Both the position numbers and the translations under genes were made by a program. From Planctomycetota bacterium (GTDB lineage: Bacteria > Planctomycetota > B15-G4 > SIAN01): a stretch of 64,000 nt of DNA. The notes beneath the pieces are model-generated. The model had not been told where the DNA came from. It saw only the letters and a list, made by a program, of their open reading frames with translations, and ran no database searches. The stretch is taken from the NCBI GenBank assembly GCA_031409275.1, contig JANNXA010000036.1:1-64000 (forward strand), in the 5' to 3' direction. Positions 47,554 through 58,280 of this stretch are shown in pieces; position 1 is the first letter of the stretch; the number at the start of each line of letters is the position of its first letter.

Positions 47554-48084
47554 TTACGCGGCCGGCTTCTCCTGCTTCTTCGCCAGGGCGTCGGCCAACG
47601 CGGCCGGCGACGAGAGGAGACTCTGCGTGAGACCGAGCACCCCGGTGAGCGGTGCAATGACGGTCGCAAGGATCTGGGCGAGCAAGGTGCGACGGTCCGG
47701 AATGTCCCGGAACTTGTCGACCTGGGCCGGGGTGAGGATCTGCTTTTCGAACAGACCTCCACGCACGGCGAGCTTGCCCGACTTCTTCGCGAACTCGGCG
47801 ACCAGACGAGCCACCGAGGGCAGCCCTTCGCCGCCATAGATCAGCGCCGTCGGACCCGCGAGGACGCCGCGAAGCGCATCGGCCTGAACCGCATCCTTGA
47901 GCGCGATGCAGGCCAACGAAGTCTTGACCACCAGGACGTTCAGGCCCTTCGCGCGCCCGAGCTTTCGCAAGTCGGTGAACTGCGCGACGGTGAGCCCTGA
48001 TGCATCGACCGCGACGAAGTCCGGGTTATCGCCGAGGCGTCGCTTGTACTCGTTGACGACGGCGGTGTTGATTCGGTTGGCCAT
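47554..48084 (-). CDS. rplJ: 50S ribosomal protein L10
   Basis: GLTVAQFTDLR, VVKTSL and LAGPTA motifs; position between rplA and rplL. Confidence 0.93.
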   Translation of the reverse strand: MANRINTAVVNEYKRRLGDNPDFVAVDASGLTVAQFTDLRKLGRAKGLNVLVVKTSLACIALKDAVQADALRGVLAGPTALIYGGEGLPSVARLVAEFAKKSGKLAVRGGLFEKQILTPAQVDKFRDIPDRRTLLAQILATVIAPLTGVLGLTQSLLSSPAALADALAKKQEKPAA

Positions 48085-48087
48085 GGC

Positions 48088-48771
48088 TCAGACACCCTCC
48101 ACGAAGAGGCCCGGCCCCATGCTCGTGGACAAGGCGACGCTCTGGATGTAGACGCCCTTCGAAGCCGTCGGCTTCTGAGCGCGGATGAAGGTGAGGATCG
48201 CCTCGACGTTCTCCACGATCTTCTGCGTGGTGAACGAGCGCTTCGCCACCGGAGCGTGCACGATGCCGTGCGCGTCGGCGCGAAGCTGGACCTTGCCGGC
48301 CTTGAACTCGCGCACCGCGTTCGCGACGTCAGCGGTGACCGTCCCGTTCTTCGGCGACGGCATCTTGCCTTGCGGACCGAGCACTTTGCCGAGTCGACCG
48401 ACGATGCCCATCATGTCGGGCGCGGCGACGACGACGTCGAACTCGAACCACCCATCGGTGATGCGCTTGGCGAGTTCTTCGCCGCCCACCTCGAGGGCGC
48501 CCGCAGCTTTCGCCATCTCGATCCGATCGCCCTTGGCGAAGCAGACGACCCGCAGCGTCTTGCCGACGCCGTGCGGGAGCGAGATCGCGCCGCGAACGAT
48601 CTGATCCGACTTCTTCGTGTCGATCCCAAGACGCACGGCGATGTCGACGGTCTCGTCGAACTTCGGTGGCTTGGTTCGCTTCAGGAGATCGACGGCTTCG
48701 GGGAGCGGCGCACTGCGCCGACCGCCGAGGGCCTTGTCGTTCTCCTGGTAGCGCTTGGAACGCTTTCGCAT
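48088..48771 (-). CDS. rplA: 50S ribosomal protein L1
   Basis: KFDETVD, DQIVRG, LPHGVGK and LGPQGKMPSPK motifs. Confidence 0.98.
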   Translation of the reverse strand: MRKRSKRYQENDKALGGRRSAPLPEAVDLLKRTKPPKFDETVDIAVRLGIDTKKSDQIVRGAISLPHGVGKTLRVVCFAKGDRIEMAKAAGALEVGGEELAKRITDGWFEFDVVVAAPDMMGIVGRLGKVLGPQGKMPSPKNGTVTADVANAVREFKAGKVQLRADAHGIVHAPVAKRSFTTQKIVENVEAILTFIRAQKPTASKGVYIQSVALSTSMGPGLFVEGV

Positions 48772-48828
48772 GTTTGCTCGCTACCTGACTTCTGCCAGAT
48801 TCCGTCGAAACGGAAGCCGGCGATCGGC

Positions 48829-49260
48829 TCAACCTTCGACCTTGATCCCCATCGATCGAGCCGTCCCCTCGACGACCCGCATCGCCGCTTCGATCGAGTT
48901 CGCACGAAGGTCGGGCAATTTGACCTTCGCGATCTCTTCGACCTGCTTGCGGTTGACGGTCCCGACCGTCTCCTTGCCCGTGATTCCAGAGCCCTTCGCG
49001 ATGTTCGCCGCCTTCCTCAGAAGAACCGAGGCGGGCGGCGTCTTCAGCACGAGGCTGAAGCTCTTGTCTTTGTAGATCGTGAGCTCAACCGGGATGACGG
49101 TTCCCTGCTGCGGCCGGGTCGCGTCGTTGTACTGCTTGACGAACGCGCCGATGTTGATGCCGTGAGGACCGAGCGCCGTACCAACCGGCGGCGCCGGCGT
49201 CGCTTGCCCTGCGGGCAACGCGAGCTTCACGACGATGAGGACTTCCTTGGCTGCAGCCAC
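48829..49260 (-). CDS. rplK: 50S ribosomal protein L11
   Basis: [19 protein letters not shown] and GTARSMG motifs; AAGGAG before the GTG at 49260. Confidence 0.97.
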   Translation of the reverse strand: MAAAKEVLIVVKLALPAGQATPAPPVGTALGPHGINIGAFVKQYNDATRPQQGTVIPVELTIYKDKSFSLVLKTPPASVLLRKAANIAKGSGITGKETVGTVNRKQVEEIAKVKLPDLRANSIEAAMRVVEGTARSMGIKVEG

Positions 49261-49447
49261 AGCGATCTCCTTCTGCGAGGCAGCCGTTTCGCCACCGCTC
49301 GCCGCGCTTCGCGCCTTCAAGGCCGCGAAGCGACGCATCAGTTCCGTCTAGTTTGCGACCGTCTTCCCTGCGAACGTCCGAAGAGACTTCCGTCGACCGA
49401 TCCGCCGCGAGCGCGACCTGGGATCGAGGGAGGCTCGGACCTGAAGC

Positions 49448-50017
49448 TCAGACCGGCTCCACCTGCCAGTACTCGAGTTCGACCGGCGTCTCGCGGCCGA
49501 AGATCATCACGTTCACGCGCACGAGCCCCTTCTGAGGATGAACCTCAGCGACGACGCCGCTGAAGTTCTCGAACGGGCCTTCCTTGATCTTGACCTTGTC
49601 ACCGATGCCGAACTGCATGTCGAGCTTCGGCTTCTCTTCCGCGGTCTTGAGCCCACCAACGAGCTTCTCGACCTCATGCGGCTCCATCGGCATCGGGAGG
49701 TTTTCCGACCCGACGAAGTCGCCGATGCCGCTGGTTCCGCGCACGAGATACCACGTCTCTTCGTCGAGGAACATCTCGACCAAGATGTATCCCGGAAAGA
49801 TCTTTCGCTGACTCTCGCGACGCTTGCCCGCCTTGATCTCGGTGATCTTCTCGGTGGGAACAAGCGCGTTGCGCACGCGCTCGGCCTTCCCGGCCGCCTT
49901 CACGCGCGCCAGCAGGTTGTCGCGTACGCGCTCTTCGCGATTGGACGCGACGCGCACGACGTACCAGCGGAACTCCTTCGGAGCTCCCGCGGTTGGGCTG
50001 GCGGCTTCACCGGCCAT
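49448..50017 (-). CDS. nusG: Transcription elongation factor NusG
   Basis: WYVV, FPGYILVEM, GPFENFSG and IFGRETPVEL motifs. Confidence 0.97.
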   Translation of the reverse strand: MAGEAASPTAGAPKEFRWYVVRVASNREERVRDNLLARVKAAGKAERVRNALVPTEKITEIKAGKRRESQRKIFPGYILVEMFLDEETWYLVRGTSGIGDFVGSENLPMPMEPHEVEKLVGGLKTAEEKPKLDMQFGIGDKVKIKEGPFENFSGVVAEVHPQKGLVRVNVMIFGRETPVELEYWQVEPV

Positions 50018-50450
50018 CGCTGCCGCCTCCGTAGATCCAGCCGAAGAAGACCTTCTCCAGTCCGAGGTCGGCCAGGGTAAGGAAGACGACCATGATCACG
50101 ACGCATGCGATCACGACGAGCGACGCCTTGCGCGCTTCGTCGAACGAAGGCCAAGTGACCTTCTTCATCTCGAGCTCGGTGTCGATCAGCAGGTTGGCGA
50201 ACTTCGGCGAGTTGAGCAGCCGAAGGATCGCCCACGCGGCGACACCGAACATCGCGAGCGAGATGAGGAAACCAGGAGTGAGCGGGAAGCCAAGGACCGG
50301 AAGATCGGTGCCGAGGAGATCCTTCTCAGAGAAGTCCCAACGCTGCGACCAGAGGAAGTAGCGGCGAGCAGCGAGGAACGCGAAACCAGCGAGAGTCCAA
50401 AACGCGACTCCGCGGGCGACGACACCCTCTCCTGGTTTGTATTTGAACAT
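50007..50450 (-). CDS. secE: Preprotein translocase subunit SecE (multi-TM)
   Basis: YKPGEG N-terminus, ELEMKKVTWP motif, TM helices; upstream of nusG. Confidence 0.93.
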   Translation of the reverse strand: MFKYKPGEGVVARGVAFWTLAGFAFLAARRYFLWSQRWDFSEKDLLGTDLPVLGFPLTPGFLISLAMFGVAAWAILRLLNSPKFANLLIDTELEMKKVTWPSFDEARKASLVVIACVVIMVVFLTLADLGLEKVFFGWIYGGGSDGR

Positions 50451-50530
50451 CGCTCCCCTCTCGGTCCTGGCGAGCCACCCAAAACGTCGGGCGGCTCTCC
50501 CGAAAGCGTTGGCGGATCAGATCGAAGCGC

Positions 50531-50671
50531 CTACTTGCGCTTCTCTTTGTGCGCGCGGTGACCGCGGCAGTATTTGCAGTACTTCTTCAGATCGAGCTTG
50601 TTCGGATCCTTCGGGGTGCGGTAATTCCGATTCCCGCACTCCGTGCACTCGAGGAACATCCACTCACGCAT
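50531..50671 (-). CDS. rpmG: 50S ribosomal protein L33 (Zn-binding; absent from the ORF track)
   Basis: Manual translation: [46 protein letters not shown]. Confidence 0.95.
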   Translation of the reverse strand: MREWMFLECTECGNRNYRTPKDPNKLDLKKYCKYCRGHRAHKEKRK

Positions 50672-50791
50672 CGGTCAATCCGCCACTGTTGTTCGAAACC
50701 GCTGCAGGTTTCGACGTTGCCTGGTTCCAGACGCCGCCGCGAACAACGGCGCTCGGCCGCGCGCGAGCGCAGCCGGGCGCCGCAAAGCGGC

Positions 50792-51991
<1,200 letters not shown>

Positions 51992-52110
51992 TGGACCTTT
52001 ACTCTCCTGGATCTGCGGCCGGTGAGGCCGTGGTCGCGTTCCGGTCTTTCTCGCCGCATGCTCAGCCGGGACAGGTTAGACGCTTTCCCGTGCCGTTGTC
52101 TCAAACTCTT

Positions 52111-52185
52111 TGGAGCGGGTGAAGGGGATCGAACCCTCAACAGCCAGGTTGGAAACCTGGCGCTCTACCATTGAGCTACACCCGC
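52111..52185 (-). tRNA. tRNA-Gly (TCC)
   Basis: Cloverleaf GCGGGTG...CCAGG-TT-TCC-AA-CCTGG...TTCGATC...CACCCGC-T-CCA. Confidence 0.97.
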
Positions 52186-52279
52186 GCGCATGGCCCTCGA
52201 TTTGGTGCTACACGGTCCTTGGGACGCGACTTCAGCTTCGCTGTCCTGCTTTTTGCCGCCCACGACCACGCATCGCGCG

Positions 52280-52364
52280 TGGTGGGGAGAGCAGGATTCG
52301 AACCTGCGAAGCCAGTGGCAACGGATTTACAGTCCGTCCCCTTTGACCGCTTGGGTATCTCCCC
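52280..52364 (-). tRNA. tRNA-Tyr (GTA)
   Basis: GGGGAGA...ACGGA-CT-GTA-AA-TCCGT, long variable arm, TTCGAAT, encoded CCA. Confidence 0.97.
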
Positions 52365-52452
52365 GTCTGTTCCTTCGAGAGCGCGCAAGCTCGGGGCGCA
52401 CGCGCGCCCCTCACCCCCCGCCGCCCGGCACTAGCCAGATCCGACCGCGCCG

Positions 52453-52528
52453 TGGAGCTAGCGGCGGGAGTCGAACCCGCAACCGCCCGCTTACAAAGCG
52501 GGTGCTCTGCCAGTTGAGCTACGCCAGC
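52453..52528 (-). tRNA. tRNA-Thr (TGT)
   Basis: GCTGGCG...CCCGC-TT-TGT-AA-GCGGG...TTCGACT...CGCTAGC-T-CCA. Confidence 0.97.
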
Positions 52529-52624
52529 GAAGCTCGTCGGCTGCGGATCGTCCACCGTTTCCAGGCGCCGTCGGGCCGAGCCTCTGGATTGCTCCTGAGT
52601 TCGACGCCAAGGGCGAAGCGCGGA

Positions 52625-52652
52625 AGCGTAGCGGAGCGGCGCCTACTGTCAA
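52625..52652 (-). promoter_or_regulatory. sigma70 promoter of the tRNA-tuf operon
   Basis: TTGACA(52652-52647)-16 bp-TACGCT(52630-52625), about 95 nt upstream of tRNA-Thr. Confidence 0.75.
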
Positions 52653-52706
52653 CACTCGGCCGGCGGCTTCTCACCGCGCGAAGCGATCGCCCCGTTCGGA
52701 CCAGGC

Positions 52707-53123
52707 CTACGAGGCTTCGAATTCGCCAGGCCGCGCCATCGGTGCCGCTTCAAGGAGAGCATCGACACGCGACTTCAGATCGAAGATGTCGAGCGGCTTG
52801 CGAACAATGAGGGCGATCGACGGTTCACGCGCGACCGTCTCCTCGAGATCGGTCTCGAGGAACGCCGAGGCGAGCACGATGCGCAGCCCCGGTCGAAACA
52901 GCCGCAGCTCGCGCGCGAATTCGAGCCCGGTCCGATCGGGCAGGAGGAAATCGGAAATGCACAGCGCGACGTCGGGATGAGCGAGCGCAGCGGCGAGCCC
53001 TTCGCCCACCGTCGCGCAAGTCGTGACGCGGTATCCGCTGCCGCCGAAGACGTCGGCGAGCAGACATGCGATCACCGGCTCATCTTCGATCACGAGGATG
53101 TGCCGCTGGTTTCCGTCCCCCAT
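52707..53123 (-). CDS. Single-domain response regulator (receiver)
   Basis: ILVIEDE, phospho-Asp in ISDFLLPD, SA and RKP motifs; no output domain. Confidence 0.9.
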   Translation of the reverse strand: MGDGNQRHILVIEDEPVIACLLADVFGGSGYRVTTCATVGEGLAAALAHPDVALCISDFLLPDRTGLEFARELRLFRPGLRIVLASAFLETDLEETVAREPSIALIVRKPLDIFDLKSRVDALLEAAPMARPGEFEAS

Positions 53124-53193
53124 GGGTTCGCCTTCTACCAGTGCGGCGGGGCGAGCGCCAACGAGTGGCCGCCCGGCAACCGCGCGCGCATCG

Positions 53194-55272
53194 CTACGAA
53201 CGGGTGGTCGGATCCTCCGGAAGCTGCACTTCGTCGAACGAAAGCGCGACCTGCATCTGTCGGTAGAGCACGGTCACCTGTCGTTTGCCGTGATCGACCT
53301 TGCGGACCACGCAGTGCTCTTTGTAGCGCGGGAGGAAGACCGCGGCCCCTTTCTTGAGTCCCGCAAGGTAGGCCGCTCGACGTTCGCTCAGTGCCCCGCG
53401 GGAGGGCAGTCCCTCGATGAAGTTGCGCAGCTTCTCGAACGACGGCACGAGCGCCGCCGGCACCGTTCCGAACGTCGCCAGCACTTCGCGCCCGCGCTGC
53501 TGCGCGTCGCGAAGCGCCCGCTCGACTTCGCGATCCTTCTCCTTCTCGAGGAACTCCGCCTTTGCGCCGAGCTCCGCTTCGCGCGCAACGAGTTCCGCGC
53601 GCAGTTGCTCGGATCGCCGCCGTTCCCCCTCCGCGGCGTCGAGGTGGATCAACGCAGCCTGCCGGGTTCGCTCCGTCTGCGCGCGCACGCGGCCGACGTC
53701 ACTCCCGCGCCCGCCGCTGAGCCATGCCTCGGCGCGCTCGACGATGGCGGCGGGCATTCCGTGACGGCGCGCGATCTTGAGAGCGTTGCTTTCGCCCGGA
53801 AGGCCGATCGTGAGCCGAAACAGCGGTTGCAGGGTGTCGCCATCGAACTCGAGTGAGCCGTTCTCGATGCGTTCGACCTCGAACCCGAGGTCCTTCAGGC
53901 CCGACAGATGCGTGGTTGCCACCACCTTGCAGCCGCGTTCGAGCAGCGCCACCAGCAGTGCGCGACCGAGCGCCTCGCCCTCTTTGGGCTCCGTGCCAGT
54001 TCCAAGCTCGTCGAGCAACACCAGGCTCTGCGCGGTCGCGCGGCCAAGCAACTCGACGATGCGCCGAAGATGGCCCGAGAACGTCGACAGGCTCTGCGCC
54101 AAGTCCTGCTCGTCGCCGATGTCGGCGTGGACGTCATCGAACCACGGCACGACGCTCCCCTCGCCCACGGTCACCGGCACCGCCGCCAGCGCCAGCGCGA
54201 CCAGCAGCCCGACCGCTTTCAGCGTCGCGGTCTTGCCTCCGGTGTTCGGCCCGCTGATCACCAACGCGTCGAAGCGTCCGCCGAGCTCGAGGTCGAATGG
54301 CACGACCCGCGCCTGCCCCGCCTCGCCGGCCGCGAGCGCTGCGCTCAAGAGCAGCGGATGACACGCCCGCCGCAGTACCAGCGGGCCGCTTGCCTGCACC
54401 TCGAGGATGCGTGCGCCCAGCCGCCGACCGAGCCGCGCGCGCGCAAAGAGGGCATCCTGGCTCGCCAGCAGGCGTTGGGTCTCGTGCAATGCCGCCTCGG
54501 CACGCAGCACTTCACGGGTCCGCTCGACCAGGATGCGCGCGACCAGCCGACGCTCCTTCGCGCGCAGGTCGGCCAGCCGATTCTGCGGCTCGATCAGCTC
54601 CTCCGGTTCGACGAACACCGACTCACCCGATTGCGAGCGATCGTGCAGGATGCCTGCGATTCGACCGCGTGCGTCGGCCCTGACCGCCAGCATGAAACGA
54701 CCGTCGCGCATCACCGGCGGACCGTCCCGCAACAGCGACCGCCACTCGCCGCGCGCCGCGATGTCCTGCGCCAGATCGCGAACTCGCCGCTCCGCCGGCA
54801 GCAGGCCGCGGCGCGCCTCGGCGAGCTCCGGTGTCGCGTCATCGAGGACCGCGCCGGCGGCATCGATGGTCCGCTCCAGCAGAGCGACGAGCGCGCGCAG
54901 ATCGGGCATCGCCAGCGCACGCGCCTGCAGCCGCGGCGCGGCGGCGCGCGCGGCGAGACGCTGGCGAACGAACTCCCCCGCCTTCACGCTCTTCAGCACC
55001 TGCGCGAGCTCTTTGCCGTCGAGTCCGCTCGCGCGCTGGCGTGCCGCTTCGAGCAGCGGGGCGAGGTCGTCCACGTCACGGAACGAGGGCGCCATCTCCT
55101 GCTCGAGCAGCAACTGTGCTTCGGCGACGGCCGCGCTCGCTTCGAGCAACGAATCGCGCGTACGGAACGGGACGAGTCCCCGCGCGAGTCGCTGGCCGAG
55201 CGGGCTCTCGGCACAGGTGGCGAGCAGCGCGCAGGCGCGCCCCCAATCGAGCGCTTCGAGCGAGCTCTTCAC
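53194..55272 (-). CDS. mutS2: MutS2-family ATPase lacking the C-terminal Smr domain
   Basis: HDRSQSGESVFVEP, GPNTGGKT, DIGDEQ.L.QSLSTFS, LDELGTGT, ATTH and GESNA motifs; coiled coil then a KOW-like end. Confidence 0.9.
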   Translation of the reverse strand: MKSSLEALDWGRACALLATCAESPLGQRLARGLVPFRTRDSLLEASAAVAEAQLLLEQEMAPSFRDVDDLAPLLEAARQRASGLDGKELAQVLKSVKAGEFVRQRLAARAAAPRLQARALAMPDLRALVALLERTIDAAGAVLDDATPELAEARRGLLPAERRVRDLAQDIAARGEWRSLLRDGPPVMRDGRFMLAVRADARGRIAGILHDRSQSGESVFVEPEELIEPQNRLADLRAKERRLVARILVERTREVLRAEAALHETQRLLASQDALFARARLGRRLGARILEVQASGPLVLRRACHPLLLSAALAAGEAGQARVVPFDLELGGRFDALVISGPNTGGKTATLKAVGLLVALALAAVPVTVGEGSVVPWFDDVHADIGDEQDLAQSLSTFSGHLRRIVELLGRATAQSLVLLDELGTGTEPKEGEALGRALLVALLERGCKVVATTHLSGLKDLGFEVERIENGSLEFDGDTLQPLFRLTIGLPGESNALKIARRHGMPAAIVERAEAWLSGGRGSDVGRVRAQTERTRQAALIHLDAAEGERRRSEQLRAELVAREAELGAKAEFLEKEKDREVERALRDAQQRGREVLATFGTVPAALVPSFEKLRNFIEGLPSRGALSERRAAYLAGLKKGAAVFLPRYKEHCVVRKVDHGKRQVTVLYRQMQVALSFDEVQLPEDPTTRS

Positions 55273-55311
55273 GCCACGACCCAACCACGCCGCCCGCTAC
55301 ACTCCTGCACC

Positions 55312-56487
55312 ATGAGCAACACGAACGACTCCCACGCTGGCGACGGCTTCGGCACGCGCGCCGTCCACGCGGGCCAGCCGCCCGACCCGTTGACCGGCGC
55401 CCTGATGGTGCCCATCTACCAGAACTCGACCTACCGTCAACGCGGCCCGGCCGACCCGATCGACGGCTACGAATACGCGCGGACCAAGAATCCGACGCGC
55501 AGCGCGCTCGAACGCAACCTCGCGTCGCTCGAGGGCGGACGCCACGGACTCTGCTTCGCGAGCGGGCTCGCCGCGATCAACACGATCCTCAACCTGCTGA
55601 AGAGCGGCGACCACGTCGTCGCGGGCGACGATCTCTACGGCGGGACATGGCGGCTCTTCGAGAAGCTCTACGTCAACTTCGGCGTGACCTTCAGCTACGT
55701 CGACCTCGCCGACCTCGAAGCGCTGCGGCGCGCGTTGCGGCCCAACACGCGCTTCGTCTTCGCCGAGACGCCGACGAATCCGCTGCTCAAGATCTGCGAT
55801 CTTGCCGCCGTCGCGCGCCTCACTCATGAAGCGGGCGCGAAGGTCGTGTGCGACAACACGTTCGCGACGCCCTACCTGCAGCGTCCGCTCGCGCTCGGCT
55901 GCGACATCGTCGTGCACAGCCTCACCAAGTACCTCGGCGGCCACTCCGACGTGATCGGCGGCGCCCTGATCGTGGAGGACGACGAACTCGCTGCTCGGCT
56001 CGCCTTCTTCCAGAACGCGGTCGGCGGAGTGCCCGGCCCGCAGGAGTGCTTCCTCGTCCTGCGCGGCACCAAGACGCTGCACCTGCGCATGGATCGCCAC
56101 TGCGCGACGGCGGCGCGCATCGCCCATTTCCTCGTCGCCCATCCCGAGGTCACCAAGGTCTACTACCCGGGACTCAAAGATCACCCCGGCCACGCCATCG
56201 CTGCCAAACAGATGAACGGTTTCGGCGGAATGATCTCGTTCGTGGTGAAAGGCGATGTCGCGCGCGGCATGCGGGTCGCCGCACGCACGCGCCTCTTCGC
56301 CTGCGCGGAGAGCCTCGGCGGCGTCGAGTCGCTGATCGAGCATCCGCCATCGATGACGCACGCCTCGATCCCGGCGGAACTGCGGCGCGCGCGCGGCCTC
56401 GACGACGGGCTCCTGCGGATCTCGTGCGGAGTCGAGGATGCCGACGATCTCGAACGCGACTTGCAGCAAGCGATCGAGTCGCGTTGA
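55312..56487 (+). CDS. PLP-dependent cystathionine gamma-synthase/gamma-lyase family enzyme
   Basis: YARTKNPTR, FASG, YGGT, ETPTNP, DNTFATP, HSLTKYLGGHSD and AESLGGVESL motifs. Confidence 0.94.
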   Translation: MSNTNDSHAGDGFGTRAVHAGQPPDPLTGALMVPIYQNSTYRQRGPADPIDGYEYARTKNPTRSALERNLASLEGGRHGLCFASGLAAINTILNLLKSGDHVVAGDDLYGGTWRLFEKLYVNFGVTFSYVDLADLEALRRALRPNTRFVFAETPTNPLLKICDLAAVARLTHEAGAKVVCDNTFATPYLQRPLALGCDIVVHSLTKYLGGHSDVIGGALIVEDDELAARLAFFQNAVGGVPGPQECFLVLRGTKTLHLRMDRHCATAARIAHFLVAHPEVTKVYYPGLKDHPGHAIAAKQMNGFGGMISFVVKGDVARGMRVAARTRLFACAESLGGVESLIEHPPSMTHASIPAELRRARGLDDGLLRISCGVEDADDLERDLQQAIESR

Positions 56488-56513
56488 CGCTCGCCGTCCT
56501 CGCCGCCCGCGAT

Positions 56514-56876
56514 TCAGCCCGTCGGCGCCGATCCCGCCTTGCCGACTTCCGGGCCGCCGGCGCCGGCCGCCCGCGCCTCATGACGCGTGAGTCCATCGCT
56601 CACGACGTCGCGCATGACGCGCCCCACCTTGAACTTCACCACCCGCTTGGGTGGAACCTCGACCTTCTGCAGAGTGCGCGGATTCTGAGCGCGGCGAGCG
56701 CGGCGCGGCTTCACCTCGAAGACGCCGAAGTCCCGGAACTCGAGCCGGTTCCCGAGCGACAACTCGCGCACGATCTCGTCGAGGAAGGTCTGCAGGACCT
56801 CTTTGGCGACGATCTTGGTCTGCCCGGTCTTCTCGGCGATCCGATTGACCAGCTCTTTCTTGGTGATCGTCGCCAT
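56514..56876 (-). CDS. HU/IHF-family DNA-binding protein
   Basis: TKKELV, EFRDFGVFEV, AQNPRT and VVKFKVG motifs. Confidence 0.94.
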   Translation of the reverse strand: MATITKKELVNRIAEKTGQTKIVAKEVLQTFLDEIVRELSLGNRLEFRDFGVFEVKPRRARRAQNPRTLQKVEVPPKRVVKFKVGRVMRDVVSDGLTRHEARAAGAGGPEVGKAGSAPTG

Positions 56877-56980
56877 CGTCCATCCCCGCAGCAGCGTCGT
56901 CGCCGCCACCCTTTCTTCGCTTCGCTGGCGGAGCGCGGGCACGCTCCTCCCCGATCGCTTCGGGCGGCTTGTCCACGGGC

Positions 56981-57008
56981 AACCTAGCTCTTGTCAACTC
57001 CCTGTCAA
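56981..57008 (-). promoter_or_regulatory. sigma70 promoter of the HU/IHF gene
   Basis: TTGACA(57008-57003)-16 bp-TAGGTT(56986-56981), with a second TTGACA inside the spacer. Confidence 0.7.
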
Positions 57009-57098
57009 CCAAGCACTTGCGACGAGAATCGCTCGACCCTGCCGCCGCCCGAGCGCAGTCGCTGCCGAGGCTCGATCGCAACCTCGCCCGGAGCTCCA

Positions 57099-57782
57099 TT
57101 GCCTCCGAACGGAGGGCTTTCCGCGACGACCTTTGCAGCGTTCGCGCAAGCGCCCGCCCACCCCTTCAAGACGCATCGAACCGGCGACGTCGCGCAGATC
57201 GCCGCGAGCGCGACACCATGGGGCGTTGCCGCCATCCGCAAGCGCTTCTGGTACCCGCGTGCCAGCGACCGTTGGAACGGCGTCTTTCGCACGACCTTCG
57301 CCGCCCGCTCGCGAGTCGCCGGCGAAGCGGCCGCACTCGAACGGCTGGCGCGACTCGGGCTCCAACCACCGCTTCTGTTGGCCTGGGGCGAGGCGCGCCG
57401 GCACGGCTTCCTCCACGACTCGTTCCTCTACTTGCGCGAGATCGAGTCGGAGTCGCTCGACCACTGGTTCGCGGCGCCGCATGAGCCGGCCGCGCGACTC
57501 GTCACGCTCGCGGCACTCGCCCGCTTCGTCGCTGCGCTCGGTCGCGCGCGAATCGTCGATCGCGATCTCCACCTGCGCAACTTCCTGCGGCGACCCGACG
57601 GAACGCTCTCGAAGATCGATTCGCCCTTCGCAAGGGTCGTCGGCGGCGCGTGGGGACGGCGCGGTCGGGCGCGCGACCTCGCCGACCTCGAGCGTGACCT
57701 CGCCGCCGCGCTCAGCGAAACCGAGTTCGCGGAGTGGCGCCGCGCGCTGTCCCGATCGTGCGAGACCCCGCCGTCCCGCTGA
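57099..57782 (+). CDS. LPS core kinase-like protein (WaaP/KdkA/InaA family); start uncertain
   Basis: IRKRF, SR..GEAAAL.RL, catalytic-loop-like DRDLHLRNFL, KID and RARDLADL motifs. Confidence 0.7.
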   Translation: MPPNGGLSATTFAAFAQAPAHPFKTHRTGDVAQIAASATPWGVAAIRKRFWYPRASDRWNGVFRTTFAARSRVAGEAAALERLARLGLQPPLLLAWGEARRHGFLHDSFLYLREIESESLDHWFAAPHEPAARLVTLAALARFVAALGRARIVDRDLHLRNFLRRPDGTLSKIDSPFARVVGGAWGRRGRARDLADLERDLAAALSETEFAEWRRALSRSCETPPSR

Positions 57783-57800
57783 TTCGCGACGACGGCGCGC

Positions 57801-58280
57801 TCAACCGCGGTCGGGGGCCGGCACGGCGGCTGGCAGCAGGACGCTCGTGTCGAGCACGAACGTCGCCGGGCCTTCGTTCACCAGTTCGACCCGCATCGAC
57901 GCGCCGAAGCGGCCGGTTTCGACGGGGACGGCGCGGGCGCGGAGGCGCGCCACGAATTCGTCGAACCAACGGCGGCCCGCCTCGGGCGGCGCCGCGGCGA
58001 TGAAGTCGGGACGGCGACCGCGCGCGAGACCGGCCAGCAGCGTGAACTGCGAGATGGCGAGCACGCCGCCAGCGATCTCGGGCAGCGCAAGGTTCATCTT
58101 CCCGGCGCCATCCTCGAAGACGCGCAACTCGTGGATCCGGCGCGCCAGGTAGTCGGCCTCGCGCTCGCCGTCGCCATGCGCGACTCCGAGCAGGACCACG
58201 AAGCCCCGACCGACGCTCCCGACCAGCTCCGCATCGACATGCACCGTGCCGCGAGCGACCCGCTGCACCACGGCGATCAT
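57801..58280 (-). CDS. dtd: D-aminoacyl-tRNA deacylase
   Basis: AVVQRV, LRVF, GKMNL, SQFTL, GRFGASM and NEGPAT motifs. Confidence 0.96.
   Translation of the reverse strand: MIAVVQRVARGTVHVDAELVGSVGRGFVVLLGVAHGDGEREADYLARRIHELRVFEDGAGKMNLALPEIAGGVLAISQFTLLAGLARGRRPDFIAAAPPEAGRRWFDEFVARLRARAVPVETGRFGASMRVELVNEGPATFVLDTSVLLPAAVPAPDRG

Noticed and set aside
52100..52706. Integrative element at the tRNA cluster
   Set aside because: No integrase, no duplicated tRNA 3' end and no compositional shift.
53908..55311. Apparent N-terminal extension of the cystathionine enzyme (859-aa ORF)
   Set aside because: Antisense to mutS2; homology begins at the ATG at 55312.
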